A DNA stretch of 64,000 nucleotides, taken from an uncultured Verrucomicrobiaceae bacterium. Its GTDB lineage: Bacteria; Pseudomonadota; Gammaproteobacteria; Pseudomonadales; CAMLJR01. Within the stretch, counting starts at the first letter, position 1. The number at the start of each line of letters is the position of its first letter. A program made the translations under genes and the position numbers. This document shows positions 63,876 through 64,000 of this stretch, in pieces. Where the stretch lies: contig CAZWXW010000003.1 in the NCBI GenBank assembly GCA_964638025.1, forward strand, positions 15,126-79,125, written 5' to 3'. The notes beneath the pieces were generated by a model. That model ran no database searches. It was not told the DNA's origin and saw only the letters and a list, made by a program, of their open reading frames with translations.

Positions 63876-64000
63876 GCCGTGGCCTCCTCGGGCAAGCGCA
63901 GGCGGGCGGGCGCCACCGGCAGTGTCAGCGGCAGCGCATCGACGCTATCCAGTTCATCGGCGATACCGTCGTCGGTGTCGTCGGCCATGCGGGTATCGAG
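63872..64000 (-). CDS. YejE-like permease, 3' end only (cassette 3; truncated by window edge)
   Basis: My reverse-strand translation reads [42 protein letters not shown]-stop. It resembles the acidic tails of 27190-28350 and 46000-47202 (ALRNALDIRIADNLHDD...). Confidence 0.6.
   Translation of the reverse strand, partial: LDTRMADDTDDGIADELDSVDALPLTLPVAPARLRLPEEATA

Noticed and set aside
1-64000. Search for transposases, integrases, phage genes, tRNA/rRNA or toxin-antitoxin pairs that might mark a genomic island
   Set aside because: No ORF shows the corresponding motifs. I saw no cloverleaf-like or rRNA-like sequence by eye. A dedicated tool (tRNAscan-SE, Infernal) would be needed to exclude small RNAs.

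Overview
High-GC (roughly 65% by eye) proteobacterial chromosomal window. I found no rRNA, tRNA, CRISPR, transposase or integrase genes. I call 46 protein-coding genes (one cut by the window edge) plus one decayed gene remnant. The window is dominated by a very redundant organosulfur-scavenging gene set. It includes an SsuABC-like importer (93-3664) and three paralogous YejABEF/PepT-type ABC importer cassettes (26129-32329 on +, 42383-48268 on -, 60386-64000 on -). It also has three paralogous TonB-dependent receptors with their own tonB-exbB-exbD, and four LLM flavin monooxygenases (one DszA/NtaA-type, three SsuD-type) plus a DszA-type remnant. Further members are a cysteine-dioxygenase-like cupin, two paralogous MFS transporters and a nitroreductase-family protein. 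Four paralogous signal-peptide-less SsuA-fold proteins line up, from my memory of the sequence, with the sulfinate desulfinase DszB. Two sensor-domain-less sigma-54 activators (SfnR-like) and nine correctly spaced -24/-12 promoter-like sites upstream of operon starts suggest one sigma-54 regulon. Other genes are mdtABC-like RND efflux (with in-frame repeat insertions), a degenerate EAL protein, a transglutaminase/TPR lipoprotein, a dienelactone hydrolase, a kinase-fold protein and an FAD protein. A 65-130 bp REP/MITE-like palindromic element occurs at least 8 times at operon boundaries, and several 15-bp and 21-bp tandem repeats sit at or near start codons. Main hypothesis (inference only): this is an outer-membrane-to-cytoplasm uptake and desulfurization system. 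In it, DszB-like desulfinases pair either with a CDO-like thiol dioxygenase or with a DszA-like monooxygenase to release sulfite. Cys-less DszB-like paralogs next to the sensorless sigma-54 activators could serve as ligand-sensing partners. All family assignments are from motif recognition by eye and no searches were run.
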